Source: an uncultured Pseudomonadota bacterium (GTDB taxonomy: Bacteria > Pseudomonadota > Alphaproteobacteria > Rs-D84). Taken from it: a DNA stretch of 59,323 bases. Position 1 is the stretch's first letter, and each line of letters begins with the position of its first letter. The translations under genes were made by a program, and so were the position numbers. The DNA is taken from positions 1-59,323 of the forward strand of contig CASEJM010000024.1 in the NCBI GenBank assembly GCA_949288265.1. Direction: 5' to 3'. Positions 10,006-18,758 of the stretch are shown here, piece after piece. The notes under the pieces are model-generated. The model searched no databases. It saw only the letters and a program-made list of their open reading frames with translations, and was not told the origin of the DNA.

Positions 10006-10850
10006 ATTCCACCAACTTTAAGTTTGTGTGCAAAATATTTTACAGATCTGAACATTATCTTAAATGGATTATTTGTTAAAAGCCAATTTACATAATTTTC
10101 GCCGTATTCGTTACACGCAGCCTTTAAAATTGCTTTTTTAGCAGCAGCGTCACCGTTATTTAAGGCGTATAATATTTGTCGACCAAGTCTGCCGTAATGT
10201 CTTGTAAATGCAAGCTTTTTTATAAATGGCATTTTACCATCTGAAAATTTACGAACATTATTATATATTCTGCGACCGATGGCTCGGTATGGCGCATCAT
10301 ATGAGGCACCATGATCGTGTAGCATATTTGTAAAACCATGTTCATATAGTTTAATTACGTCGCCTTTAGATTCCTGATGAGTTATATTACGCATAAATTC
10401 ATCGTACCACCGCGTTAAAAATATACTGGGTCTTATACCTATGAACCAAGCACCTAGGTGAGGCTTTTTAGGGTGGTTGTTATATACCATTGCAAAAGCA
10501 TCTGTACCTTCGGCTTCAAGTTTTTCTAAGGCCGGTTTAATCGGGTATAATGGACCATATACTGAATCATTTACCATATATAAAACGTCATAATTCTTTA
10601 AAAGGTTTTGTTCATAAGCATATAAGTATGCACGTTTATAGGAACCAAAATCATATTCTTTGTGACGTTTTGCAGAAATATAAATTGTGTAAGGTTTTAT
10701 TTTTTTTAGTTCTGAATCAGGGATGTCGCTATCCATAACCAAAATTATATCTCCGCATTTGTTTAGTTGTTGCGCCATATATATTAATGCTTCATCAATT
10801 TTGTTTTTTGCGCTGTATCCAGCAAAAAGAAATAAACGTTTTGGTTTCAT
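10002..10850 (-). CDS. Rhamnan-synthesis protein F (RgpF)-like glycosyltransferase, copy 1
   Basis: HKEYDFGSYKRAY, NDSVYGPL and PFIKK.AFTRH motifs. It is collinear with its neighbouring paralog. Confidence 0.6.
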   Translation of the reverse strand: MKPKRLFLFAGYSAKNKIDEALIYMAQQLNKCGDIILVMDSDIPDSELKKIKPYTIYISAKRHKEYDFGSYKRAYLYAYEQNLLKNYDVLYMVNDSVYGPLYPIKPALEKLEAEGTDAFAMVYNNHPKKPHLGAWFIGIRPSIFLTRWYDEFMRNITHQESKGDVIKLYEHGFTNMLHDHGASYDAPYRAIGRRIYNNVRKFSDGKMPFIKKLAFTRHYGRLGRQILYALNNGDAAAKKAILKAACNEYGENYVNWLLTNNPFKIMFRSVKYFAHKLKVGGI

Positions 10851-11695
10851 ATTTCTCTCTTTTTAAGTTTAAGTATAAAATATGTTACATTACGATATAT
10901 TATTTTAATGGGATTTTTTGTTAAAAGCCATTTAGTATATTCAGAACCAAAAGATTCTTTTGCACTAGATATGATGGCTATGCGTGCTTCGGTGGAACAT
11001 TTATTTAATACATATTCAATTTGTCTGCCTAATGCACCATTATGTCTTGTAAAGGCAACCTTTTTTATAAAAGGGATACCGATATTATAAAGTTTTTTTA
11101 TTTTATTATAAATTCCACGACCAGAAACAGAATATTGGCATTTCCAGGTTTTATTGTGTTTCTCCAATAATTTTGTGAAACCTTGCTCATAAAGACATGT
11201 AACGGAACCCTTATCTTTCTGTTTAGTTACTGATTCTATGAAATCTTTGAACCATTGTGCCGCGAACACAGAAGGTTTCATTCCTATAAACCAAGATTGT
11301 ATATGAGGATGCCTTTTATGGGGATTACAAACCAAACCAAAAGCATCGGTGTTAAAAGATTCTATATTTTGAAAAGTTTTTCCAATGTCAAACAATGGTC
11401 CATAAACAGAATCATTTATCATATATACGAAATCATAATTATTCAGTAATTCTTTTTCTGATGCGTATGCATAGGCACGTTTATATGAACCAAAGTCATA
11501 TTCTTTATGTCTAAGTGCAATTATATGTAAAGTATATGATGAGACTTTATTCAATTCTGGTTCCGGTACATCATTGTCCATTGCCAGAATTATGTCTCCA
11601 TAGACATGCAGTTCTTTTAACATATAAACTAATGCCGCATCAAGTTTATTTTGCGTATTATAACCAGCAATTAAAAATAAACGTTTAGGCTTCAA
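10847..11695 (-). CDS. RgpF-like glycosyltransferase, copy 2
   Basis: Same length (282 aa) and gap-free alignment by eye with copy 1. The TTG start overlaps the typA stop by 11 nt, and the start is supported by the identical MKPKRLFL in the paralog. Confidence 0.6.
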   Translation of the reverse strand: MKPKRLFLIAGYNTQNKLDAALVYMLKELHVYGDIILAMDNDVPEPELNKVSSYTLHIIALRHKEYDFGSYKRAYAYASEKELLNNYDFVYMINDSVYGPLFDIGKTFQNIESFNTDAFGLVCNPHKRHPHIQSWFIGMKPSVFAAQWFKDFIESVTKQKDKGSVTCLYEQGFTKLLEKHNKTWKCQYSVSGRGIYNKIKKLYNIGIPFIKKVAFTRHNGALGRQIEYVLNKCSTEARIAIISSAKESFGSEYTKWLLTKNPIKIIYRNVTYFILKLKKREI

Positions 11696-13523
11696 TGTTT
11701 TTACGTGTCTTTTTTCTTATGTTACTGTCTAATTCTTTTTTGCGCAAACGAATCGTTGCAGGTGTTACTTCTACCAATTCATCGTCCTGGATATAAGATA
11801 AAGCTTCTTCTAAGGATATCTTACGTGGAGGTGCTAAAAATAATTTTTCGTCAGCAGTAACAGAACGAACATTCGTAAGTTCTTTTCCTTTTACTGGATT
11901 TACTTCCAAATCATTTTCTTTGCTGTGTTCTCCTATTATCATTCCTGAATAAACTTCTGTCTGTGGCCCAACAAATAATACGCCGCGTGGTTCCAGGTTG
12001 TGTAAAGCATATGTTGATGTTACACCGTTTTCCATAGATACTAGAACACCTGGACGGTATTGTACGATTGGACCACGATATTCCTCGTAACCAGAAAAGA
12101 CCCTATTCATAATACCGGTACCGCGTGTATCAGTTCTGAATTCGGATAGATAACCGATTAAGCCGCGAGATGGAGCAGAAAAAACAATTCTTGTCTTCCC
12201 GCCACCAGATGATTTCATTTCTGTAATCGTTGCTTTTCGTTTTGTCATTTTTTCAATGACAACGCCGCTGAATTCGTCGTCTACGTCAATTACCACTTCT
12301 TCAATGGGTTCCAGTTTTTCACCATTCGGGCCATCTTGCATAACAACGCGTGGACGAGAAACGCTTAATTCAAAACCTTCACGACGCATTGTTTCAATCA
12401 ATATTCCAAGTTGTAATTCGCCGCGCCCTGATACTTCAAACGATTCGTTATTTGCGCTTTGTGTTACACGTAATGCGATATTAGTTTCCGCTTCTTTGAA
12501 TAAACGTTCGCCGATCATTCGAGACGTCAGCTTTTTTCCTGATTTACCAGCAAGCGGAGATGTGTTTACAAAAAACGTCATTGTTAAAGTAGGAGGGTCA
12601 ATCGGCATCGCGGGAATTGGTTCAGTTACTTCTGGGGCACAAAGTGTGTCCGCCACAGTCGCTTTAGAAAAACCGGCTACGACAACAATATCACCAGCAG
12701 ACGCAGATTCTAAAGATACTTTTTCAATTCCGCGATGTTCAATGATTTTTGTTATTTTAGCGTTTTCTATAAATTCACCTTTCATGTTTATTGCTTTTAC
12801 CGTCTGACCTACGCGAACGGTACCAGATTCAATCTTTCCTGTTAAAATGCGTCCGACATAAGGATCTGCTTCTAGTGTCGTAGCAAGCATAGAAAATGGT
12901 GCGTCAATTTGACAACGATTGCCGTTACAATCGGGGGCAGGTACGTGGTCTATAATTAACTGGAATAAAGGAGTTAAGTCTTTGTGTTCGTCGTTTAAAT
13001 CACGTACAGCCCAACCATCGCGACCAACCGCATATAAATAAGGGAAATCTAATTGGGAATCTGTTGCCCCAAGTTTATCAAATAAATCGAAAGTTTCTGT
13101 CAAAACTTCGTCAGGACGAGCGTCACTACGATCAACCTTATTTATGCAAACAATAGGTCTGAGCCCAAGTTTTAATGCTTTTGATAATACAAACTTTGTC
13201 TGAGGTAGCGGTCCTTCGGCAGCGTCAACCAGCAATACAACACCGTCTACCATAGACAAAATACGTTCAACTTCACCACCAAAATCCGCGTGCCCGGGGG
13301 TGTCAACAATATTAATTTTATAATCACCCCATTGAATAGATGTCGGTTTTGCAGATATGGTTATACCACGTTCTCTTTCAATGTCGCCGCTATCCATGAC
13401 TCTTTCAGCAACGCGTTCGTTTTCCCGAAAAGTTCCGGCTTGCTTTAACATGTTGTCAACTAATGTGGTTTTCCCGTGATCAACGTGCGCAATAATTGCA
13501 ATATTGCGAATTTTCATAGACAT
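11685..13523 (-). CDS. typA: Translational GTPase TypA/BipA
   Basis: [33 protein letters not shown] and NKVDR motifs. The 612 aa length is typical. Confidence 0.97.
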   Translation of the reverse strand: MSMKIRNIAIIAHVDHGKTTLVDNMLKQAGTFRENERVAERVMDSGDIERERGITISAKPTSIQWGDYKINIVDTPGHADFGGEVERILSMVDGVVLLVDAAEGPLPQTKFVLSKALKLGLRPIVCINKVDRSDARPDEVLTETFDLFDKLGATDSQLDFPYLYAVGRDGWAVRDLNDEHKDLTPLFQLIIDHVPAPDCNGNRCQIDAPFSMLATTLEADPYVGRILTGKIESGTVRVGQTVKAINMKGEFIENAKITKIIEHRGIEKVSLESASAGDIVVVAGFSKATVADTLCAPEVTEPIPAMPIDPPTLTMTFFVNTSPLAGKSGKKLTSRMIGERLFKEAETNIALRVTQSANNESFEVSGRGELQLGILIETMRREGFELSVSRPRVVMQDGPNGEKLEPIEEVVIDVDDEFSGVVIEKMTKRKATITEMKSSGGGKTRIVFSAPSRGLIGYLSEFRTDTRGTGIMNRVFSGYEEYRGPIVQYRPGVLVSMENGVTSTYALHNLEPRGVLFVGPQTEVYSGMIIGEHSKENDLEVNPVKGKELTNVRSVTADEKLFLAPPRKISLEEALSYIQDDELVEVTPATIRLRKKELDSNIRKKTRKNIEA

Positions 13524-13578
13524 ACTTAAATACCCTTAATTTATATACCGTTTTACCTAAATTTTTCGTAACTAATAG

Positions 13579-13607
13579 ATTATACTATAAATTAGCATTT
13601 TCAACAA
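13579..13607 (-). promoter_or_regulatory. Sigma70-like promoter for typA (TTGTTG-17-TATAAT)
   Basis: Hexamers read on the minus strand. A 5' UTR of about 55 nt with an AAGGG SD follows. Confidence 0.4.
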
Positions 13608-13623
13608 ATATCTATATATTTTA

Positions 13624-13651
13624 TTGACGGTTTGTGTTTTTGTACTATAAT
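13624..13651 (+). promoter_or_regulatory. Sigma70-like promoter (TTGACG-16-TATAAT)
   Basis: Near-consensus hexamers 30 nt upstream of the ATG at 13682, with a CGGGGA SD. Confidence 0.5.
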
Positions 13652-13681
13652 AAATCATAATAACAAAAAACGGGGATTTAA

Positions 13682-14221
13682 ATGCAAGAAATTAAAGATA
13701 AAGAAGTTTATAAATCAATTAAATCAGGGCTAAAAGATTTGAAGATTTTAGCTAGATACAACTTGGCAAAACGGTGGATGAAAATTCCTAAAAAAACGCG
13801 TTGGTCCATTGGAAGGGCTTTGGTTTATATGGAGCATGTCGCAAAAAATCCGGAAGCTTATTTTTCTAAGGCGACGACGGAAGATCCTTGGAAAGAGCGG
13901 GTTAAAGAATGGGCTAAAAAAAATAATGCAAATATGGAATTAAGTTTTCATCTTGTTCAAGATCCTAAAGATATCGTTTTTTGTAACACGTCCATTGCTA
14001 TGGATGAAAATTTAAGTTCAATTTATCATAACTTCTGTCAAAAAATTCAAGATTGGGAGTATAGTCGTACAAGAAAAGATGATATCGGTGGTTTCATGGC
14101 AACTAATAACGCTATAGAAATTATTAAAATGTCAAAACTGTTAAATAAAAAAGTACAAGTCATGAAAGATCCTTGTATTTTAAGGCCATTTAAAAGATTT
14201 TATTTACAATTTCAACGATAA
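13682..14221 (+). CDS. Hypothetical protein (no recognisable family)
   Basis: 179-aa ORF with its own promoter, SD and terminator. It has no signal peptide or TM segment. Confidence 0.5.
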   Translation: MQEIKDKEVYKSIKSGLKDLKILARYNLAKRWMKIPKKTRWSIGRALVYMEHVAKNPEAYFSKATTEDPWKERVKEWAKKNNANMELSFHLVQDPKDIVFCNTSIAMDENLSSIYHNFCQKIQDWEYSRTRKDDIGGFMATNNAIEIIKMSKLLNKKVQVMKDPCILRPFKRFYLQFQR

Positions 14222-14249
14222 AAAATCCCCACTTTTATGGGGATTTTTT
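14221..14249. terminator. Bidirectional hairpin terminator
   Basis: AAAAATCCCC-ACTTTTAT-GGGGATTTTTT between convergent genes. Confidence 0.65.
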
Positions 14250-15528
14250 AATGCTTTCCACCAATCTTGGTTCTGCCGCCCATCAATGCTTGTAGCTTTT
14301 TAGGTATGTTTACACTACCATCGGCATTTTGATGATTTTCTAAGAATGGAACTAAAGCACGTGGTACAGCAATCCCTGTATTATTTAAGGTTGCACAGAA
14401 TTTAACCTCGTTTGTACCATTTTCACGGTATCTGGTATTTGTTCTGCGTGCTTGGAATGTGCCAATCGAAGAGCAGCTGCCCAGTTCTTTATAGGCATTT
14501 TCACTTGGTACCCACGCTTCTACATCGTTCATTTTTACTTTATTGAATCCCATGTCGCCAGTTGAATTTGCAATTACGCGATAAGGTAATTCTAAATCTT
14601 CTACTACTTCGCATAAATTATTCAAAAGGTGTTCGTGCATTTCATCTGATTGTTCCGGCGTACAAAATACGTATTGTTCGACTTTGTTAAATTGATGAAA
14701 ACGCGCCAGACCACGGGTATCCCTACCAGCAGCCCCGGCTTCTTTTCTAAAACATGGAGAAAAACCAGCATATTTAATTGGCAATGCACTTTCCGGTAAA
14801 ATTTCACCGCTATGTAAAGAGTTTAAAATTATTTCAGCCGTTCCGGCTAAGCATCTGTCTGTATCAGTTAACATAAATACATCGTTGTTCATTACGGATA
14901 AGTCGGCCCCCATAAAATGTCCCGCATCAAATATGGTTTGCGGTTTCGTAATAGACGGACATTCTATAAAGCGAAATCCTTTACTTATCAATTTTTGTAT
15001 TACATACGTTTCTATTGCCAATTGTAATTCCGCCGCTTCACCAATTAAACAATATGTGCGTGTACCGCAGATTTGTGCAATTTTTTCTGGCATCCACCAA
15101 CCGTTCATGTCCAGCAAATCCCACTGAGCACGTGGCGTAAAGTCAAATTCTTTTGGTTTGCCTATTCGGCGAACTTCTACATTTGCACTGTCATCGGGAC
15201 CGATAGGAGCCTTTACATCGGGAATTTGGGGCACACGGTGTAATAAATCATTTAGCAATGCCTCTTTTTCTGCAAGTTCAGCCATATCGGCGGCAATTTC
15301 ATCACTTATTTGTTTAGATTTTGCAATTAATGGGGATTTGTCTGCGGCATTTGGTATTTCACGAGTTATTTTATTCTTTTCCGCAGTCATGTTTTGAGTT
15401 ATTGTTTTTAGTTCACGTACCCGTACGTCTAATTTTAAAATTTCGTCCACGCGATCTTCAAACCCCTTGACTTTGCAAGCATTTTTTACTTTGTCAGAAT
15501 TCTCACGAATAAATCTTATGTCTAGCAT
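14248..15528 (-). CDS. serS: Seryl-tRNA synthetase
   Basis: MLDIRFIREN start, an N-terminal coiled-coil arm, and class II motifs (FRKEAGAAGRDTRGL.R.HQF.KVE, GTGIAVPRALVP.LEN). Confidence 0.97.
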   Translation of the reverse strand: MLDIRFIRENSDKVKNACKVKGFEDRVDEILKLDVRVRELKTITQNMTAEKNKITREIPNAADKSPLIAKSKQISDEIAADMAELAEKEALLNDLLHRVPQIPDVKAPIGPDDSANVEVRRIGKPKEFDFTPRAQWDLLDMNGWWMPEKIAQICGTRTYCLIGEAAELQLAIETYVIQKLISKGFRFIECPSITKPQTIFDAGHFMGADLSVMNNDVFMLTDTDRCLAGTAEIILNSLHSGEILPESALPIKYAGFSPCFRKEAGAAGRDTRGLARFHQFNKVEQYVFCTPEQSDEMHEHLLNNLCEVVEDLELPYRVIANSTGDMGFNKVKMNDVEAWVPSENAYKELGSCSSIGTFQARRTNTRYRENGTNEVKFCATLNNTGIAVPRALVPFLENHQNADGSVNIPKKLQALMGGRTKIGGKH

Positions 15529-15612
15529 AATGTTATCCTTAATTTTTATTATTTTTTATAATGGTAATATCGCTTTTACAAAAGCGCAACTTAATATAAA
15601 ATATATCATAAA

Positions 15613-15681
15613 TTAAATCAGCACCCCAAAAGGGGATGAAGAAAATAGAAAAAAAAGATATTGTTTTTTCATACTGTTCAT
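15613..15681 (-). promoter_or_regulatory. Candidate serS leader peptide ORF with a Ser-codon run
   Basis: Encodes MNSMKKQYLFFLFSSSPFGVLI*, or a 19-aa form from the in-frame ATG at 15672. TCT TCA TCC CCT is followed by a CCCC-TTTT-GGGG hairpin, and a second hairpin lies at 15571-15586. Confidence 0.5.
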
Positions 15682-15682
15682 A

Positions 15683-15711
15683 ATTTTATTGTTAATACTT
15701 AGAAAAATCAA
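15683..15711 (-). promoter_or_regulatory. Sigma70-like promoter (TTGATT-17-TAAAAT) for the serS leader
   Basis: Hexamers read on the minus strand. The -10 ends 10 nt before the ATG at 15672. Confidence 0.45.
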
Positions 15712-15805
15712 TAAAAAAAGCCTGTTTTTTGTCTGAAATCGAAATTATTTGCGCATACTTTATGATTATGCTATGCTGTTGCCCGAAAGAATATGGAGAT
15801 TTGTT

Positions 15806-16714
15806 ATGAACGAAATCGTTATGCATGACGCAATTATTTTAGGATCTGGTCCTGCTGGTTTGACGGCGGCATTATATTGCGCACGTGCTGGTAAAGATAC
15901 ATTGGTCCTTGGGGGGGATCGTTTAGGGGGACAGACAGCTGGTATTGCTGTTTTAGAAAATTATCCTGGTTGGAAGGGCAGCGGTTTGGAACTTGCCGAG
16001 TTTATGAAAAAACAGGCCGAATCTTTCGGGGCAAAAATAAAGTTTGTTTCGGCAAAAAATATTTCAGGTGACGTTGAAAGTGGGTTTAATATACTTTGTG
16101 ATGATGGTAATAGGTATGTTTCAAAGGTTGTTATTATTGCAACTGGCGCGTCTCCACGTAAATTGGAAATAGAAGGTGCAAAAGAGCTATTCGGTAAGGG
16201 GGTTTCTTATTGTGCTACTTGTGATGGTTTCTTCTATTATGGTAAAGATGTTATTGTTATGGGTGGCGGTAATTCTGCGTTAAATGACGCGCTATACTTG
16301 GCAGATGTTGCACGTAATGTTAAAATTGTATACCGTAAGGGGGCGTTTACGAGGGCAGAAGAAATTCTACGTAATCGCGTTGCAGAACGTGAAAATATTG
16401 AATGTTTGTTTAATACAGATTTAAAGAAAATCACAAAAAAAGACGATGATAAGTTAGTTGTTACTACGACAGAAGATCAAGAAATTATTTGTGACGGTTT
16501 ATTTGTTGCAATAGGGCATGAAGCGAACACAGATTATTTATCCGAAGAGTATGCGCGTGATAATATGGGGCGTATAATACCTAGCGGTTTACCATCTGGT
16601 ATGTATGTTGCCGGTGATGTTCAGTCTGAGTTAAAAATGCAAATAGCAACGGCTGTTGGGGCGGGTTGTACGGCCGCGATGGATGCAATCGCATTTTTAA
16701 ATTCACGTAGTTAA
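15806..16714 (+). CDS. trxB: Thioredoxin reductase
   Basis: GSGPAG FAD motif, CATCDG redox centre and GGGNSA NADPH motif. I prefer the ATG at 15806 with a GGAG SD over the ORF-track start at 15749. Confidence 0.92.
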   Translation: MNEIVMHDAIILGSGPAGLTAALYCARAGKDTLVLGGDRLGGQTAGIAVLENYPGWKGSGLELAEFMKKQAESFGAKIKFVSAKNISGDVESGFNILCDDGNRYVSKVVIIATGASPRKLEIEGAKELFGKGVSYCATCDGFFYYGKDVIVMGGGNSALNDALYLADVARNVKIVYRKGAFTRAEEILRNRVAERENIECLFNTDLKKITKKDDDKLVVTTTEDQEIICDGLFVAIGHEANTDYLSEEYARDNMGRIIPSGLPSGMYVAGDVQSELKMQIATAVGAGCTAAMDAIAFLNSRS

Positions 16715-16735
16715 ACTTATCGTATTAGTATAATT

Positions 16736-16761
16736 AAAAATCCGCATATCGCGGATTTTTC
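16736..16761 (+). terminator. Rho-independent terminator after trxB
   Basis: AATCCGC-ATATC-GCGGATT followed by a T run. Confidence 0.7.
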
Positions 16762-16821
16762 TTTACTTTTTTATGTGGGGATACGATAATATTTTACGTT
16801 ATAAATAATTGAGGGGGATAA

Positions 16822-17370
16822 ATGAAACGTTTTCTTAGCGTAGTATGTTTTGTTTTATATTCAGCTACTGCTTTTGCAATTGATATGTCGAATCCTTCAT
16901 GTAATACGTGTGCGTGGGTATCTGGTTCTTTATTACAATATATGCAACTTACGGGTTTGTATACAGTTACTGTTGAGCAAGTAAAAAATGCAGGAAAACA
17001 ATATTGTCAGCAAGAAACTCAATTAGTGGGATGTCTAGATTTTGTTGAAAAAGAAACAGAAAGACTTATGGAATGGTTTAGAGATATGAAAACAAATGTT
17101 GAAGGTGATTGTGTTCAATGGGGTTATTGTGGATGTGAGGCAGGTACTGGTTTTATAAATGATGGAGCGGGTGGGGCCTGCTTAACGTGCTCTGACGGTA
17201 AATATAGTCTTAATGATGGTAGCAATACTTGTGCTAGTTGTATATCTCCGGGAACAACTTCTGATACATATGGTAAGACAAGTCTTTTTGATTGTTATAT
17301 TCCTAAAGGATCTTCTTTTTCCGACGAAAATGGGGAGTGGAAATATTCAGATAATTGTTTTTATAAATAA
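16822..17370 (+). CDS. Secreted cysteine-rich protein with TNFR/ephrin-receptor-like Cys repeats
   Basis: Signal peptide MKRFLSVVCFVLYSATAFA. Contains CLTCSDGKYSLNDGSNTCASCISPGTTS (C-x2-C-x2-G-x-Y...C-x2-C). The C-terminal DNCFY tail is shared with 44895-45455. Confidence 0.6.
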   Translation: MKRFLSVVCFVLYSATAFAIDMSNPSCNTCAWVSGSLLQYMQLTGLYTVTVEQVKNAGKQYCQQETQLVGCLDFVEKETERLMEWFRDMKTNVEGDCVQWGYCGCEAGTGFINDGAGGACLTCSDGKYSLNDGSNTCASCISPGTTSDTYGKTSLFDCYIPKGSSFSDENGEWKYSDNCFYK

Positions 17371-17385
17371 CAAATCAAGTTAAGT

Positions 17386-17895
17386 TTATTTTTTGTTAAA
17401 ATATTTTTTTAAAATATCATATGCGGCGGAAATATTAGAAAAGGTTTCTGCCGCAATGTTTTTATCGCTTTTTGTTGTGTCTGGGTGATATTTTTTTGCC
17501 AAAGATCTATAACGTGCAGAAACTTCACGCCAAGAAGCTGTGATAGGTAAATCAAATGTCTTTAAAGCCTTTATAACACCATTTGGAAGCACGTTTTTCT
17601 TTGGTGGAATTTTATCAAATGTTGATCTACCTGTTATAAAATCATTTAAAAAGTTTATATAATCTTTATTATCTTGTTCGGCTTGTTTTTTATCTTTTAA
17701 TGGTGAACCAAAAGTTTGACGTTCCCAATCTTCTTCTATTTCTTCCGGACTCATCCCTTCATAGTAATTCCAATTTTTATTATATTCAGCTGCGTGTTCT
17801 TTACAGAACCACCAATAATCATTTAAATCACGCGATTTAGGTGCGCGACAAGTACCAGCTTTGGTACAACCTGGATGATCACATTTTTTTATCAT
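17386..17895 (-). CDS. J-domain protein (C-terminal DnaJ domain, Cys-rich N-terminus)
   Basis: YRSLAKKYHPD...F..ISAAYDILK J-domain with HPD, and an N-terminal CDHPGC..AGTCRAP...FC.EH. Confidence 0.75.
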   Translation of the reverse strand: MIKKCDHPGCTKAGTCRAPKSRDLNDYWWFCKEHAAEYNKNWNYYEGMSPEEIEEDWERQTFGSPLKDKKQAEQDNKDYINFLNDFITGRSTFDKIPPKKNVLPNGVIKALKTFDLPITASWREVSARYRSLAKKYHPDTTKSDKNIAAETFSNISAAYDILKKYFNKK

Positions 17896-18758
17896 TTTTT
17901 TATTTCCTTATTGCGACCTAGGGGGTGGTGCATCTGTACTGTTTCTTTTAATTTTTCTGGAAGAACGTGCGTATAAATTTGAGTGGTTGAAATATCTTCG
18001 TGACCAAGCATTGTTTGTATTGCTCGTAGGTTTGCCCCACCTGCTAAGAGATGTGAGGCGAAAGAGTGACGTAATACGTGCGGGCTTACCCGGTTAGGTT
18101 CTATTCCAGCCAATATCGCGCATTTTTTTAATATTTTAAAGAACCCATCTCTTGTTATATGACCTGTTTTCCCAGACGATGGAAATATGTATTTTGATTT
18201 ATCATCGTTGCGTATGCTTAACCATGTATGCAAAGCATTTTGTGCGCGTTCGTGCATGGGGACGATTCGTTCTTTGGCGCCTTTTCCATGAATTAATAGT
18301 TTATCACCAAGATTGGCGGTCATCGGTAATTCGCATAATTCTGATACACGAAGCCCTGATGCGTATACTAATTCTAACATGGCGCGTAAACGAATCGAAT
18401 TTCTGGTATCGCCAGCTGAAGATATTAATAATTCTATTTCGTCAACAGATAAGAATTTTGGTAAAGTTCTTGTTCGTTTGGGAAGCTCTAAGTTCGCAGC
18501 AGGGTTTTCAGAAATTATTTTTTCTAGCATTAAAAATTTATAAAAACCACGTATCGCGCTGGCTTTTCTGGCAATTGAAGATGCGCGATCGGGTAAACTT
18601 GATAGATAATTTTGAACGTCGGTTGCAGATGCACCCATTAAACCACCCGGAATAGATGCGTCAGCATGACGCAAATCACTGGCGTAACTTTCTAACGTCT
18701 TTTTACTGCGTCCTCGTTCAGCCGATAATGCTTCTAAAAATATATCTATATAATTCAT
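17892..18758 (-). CDS. xerD: Tyrosine recombinase XerD (XerC/D family)
   Basis: Core-binding N-terminus (FLEALSAERG.S..TL.SY..DL) and catalytic RHSFASHLL..GANLRAIQTMLGHEDISTTQIYTHV. Confidence 0.8.
   Translation of the reverse strand: MNYIDIFLEALSAERGRSKKTLESYASDLRHADASIPGGLMGASATDVQNYLSSLPDRASSIARKASAIRGFYKFLMLEKIISENPAANLELPKRTRTLPKFLSVDEIELLISSAGDTRNSIRLRAMLELVYASGLRVSELCELPMTANLGDKLLIHGKGAKERIVPMHERAQNALHTWLSIRNDDKSKYIFPSSGKTGHITRDGFFKILKKCAILAGIEPNRVSPHVLRHSFASHLLAGGANLRAIQTMLGHEDISTTQIYTHVLPEKLKETVQMHHPLGRNKEIKK

Noticed and set aside
12256-12807. Long antisense or alternative-frame ORFs inside well-supported genes. Examples are the 183 aa inside typA, and 33437-34141 inside rarA, 18152-18655 inside xerD, 53180-53677 across ftsI/recJ, and 23435-23770 inside secD.
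   Set aside because: They lie entirely within strongly supported conserved genes, have low-complexity or odd composition, and lack start contexts. They are typical shadow ORFs.
17892-18758. Tyrosine recombinase considered as the integrase of a mobile element or genomic island next to the Cys-rich gene.
   Set aside because: The sequence is a typical XerD (core-binding and catalytic motifs, 288 aa). There is no flanking tRNA, direct repeats or phage/IS genes, and its neighbours are housekeeping genes.
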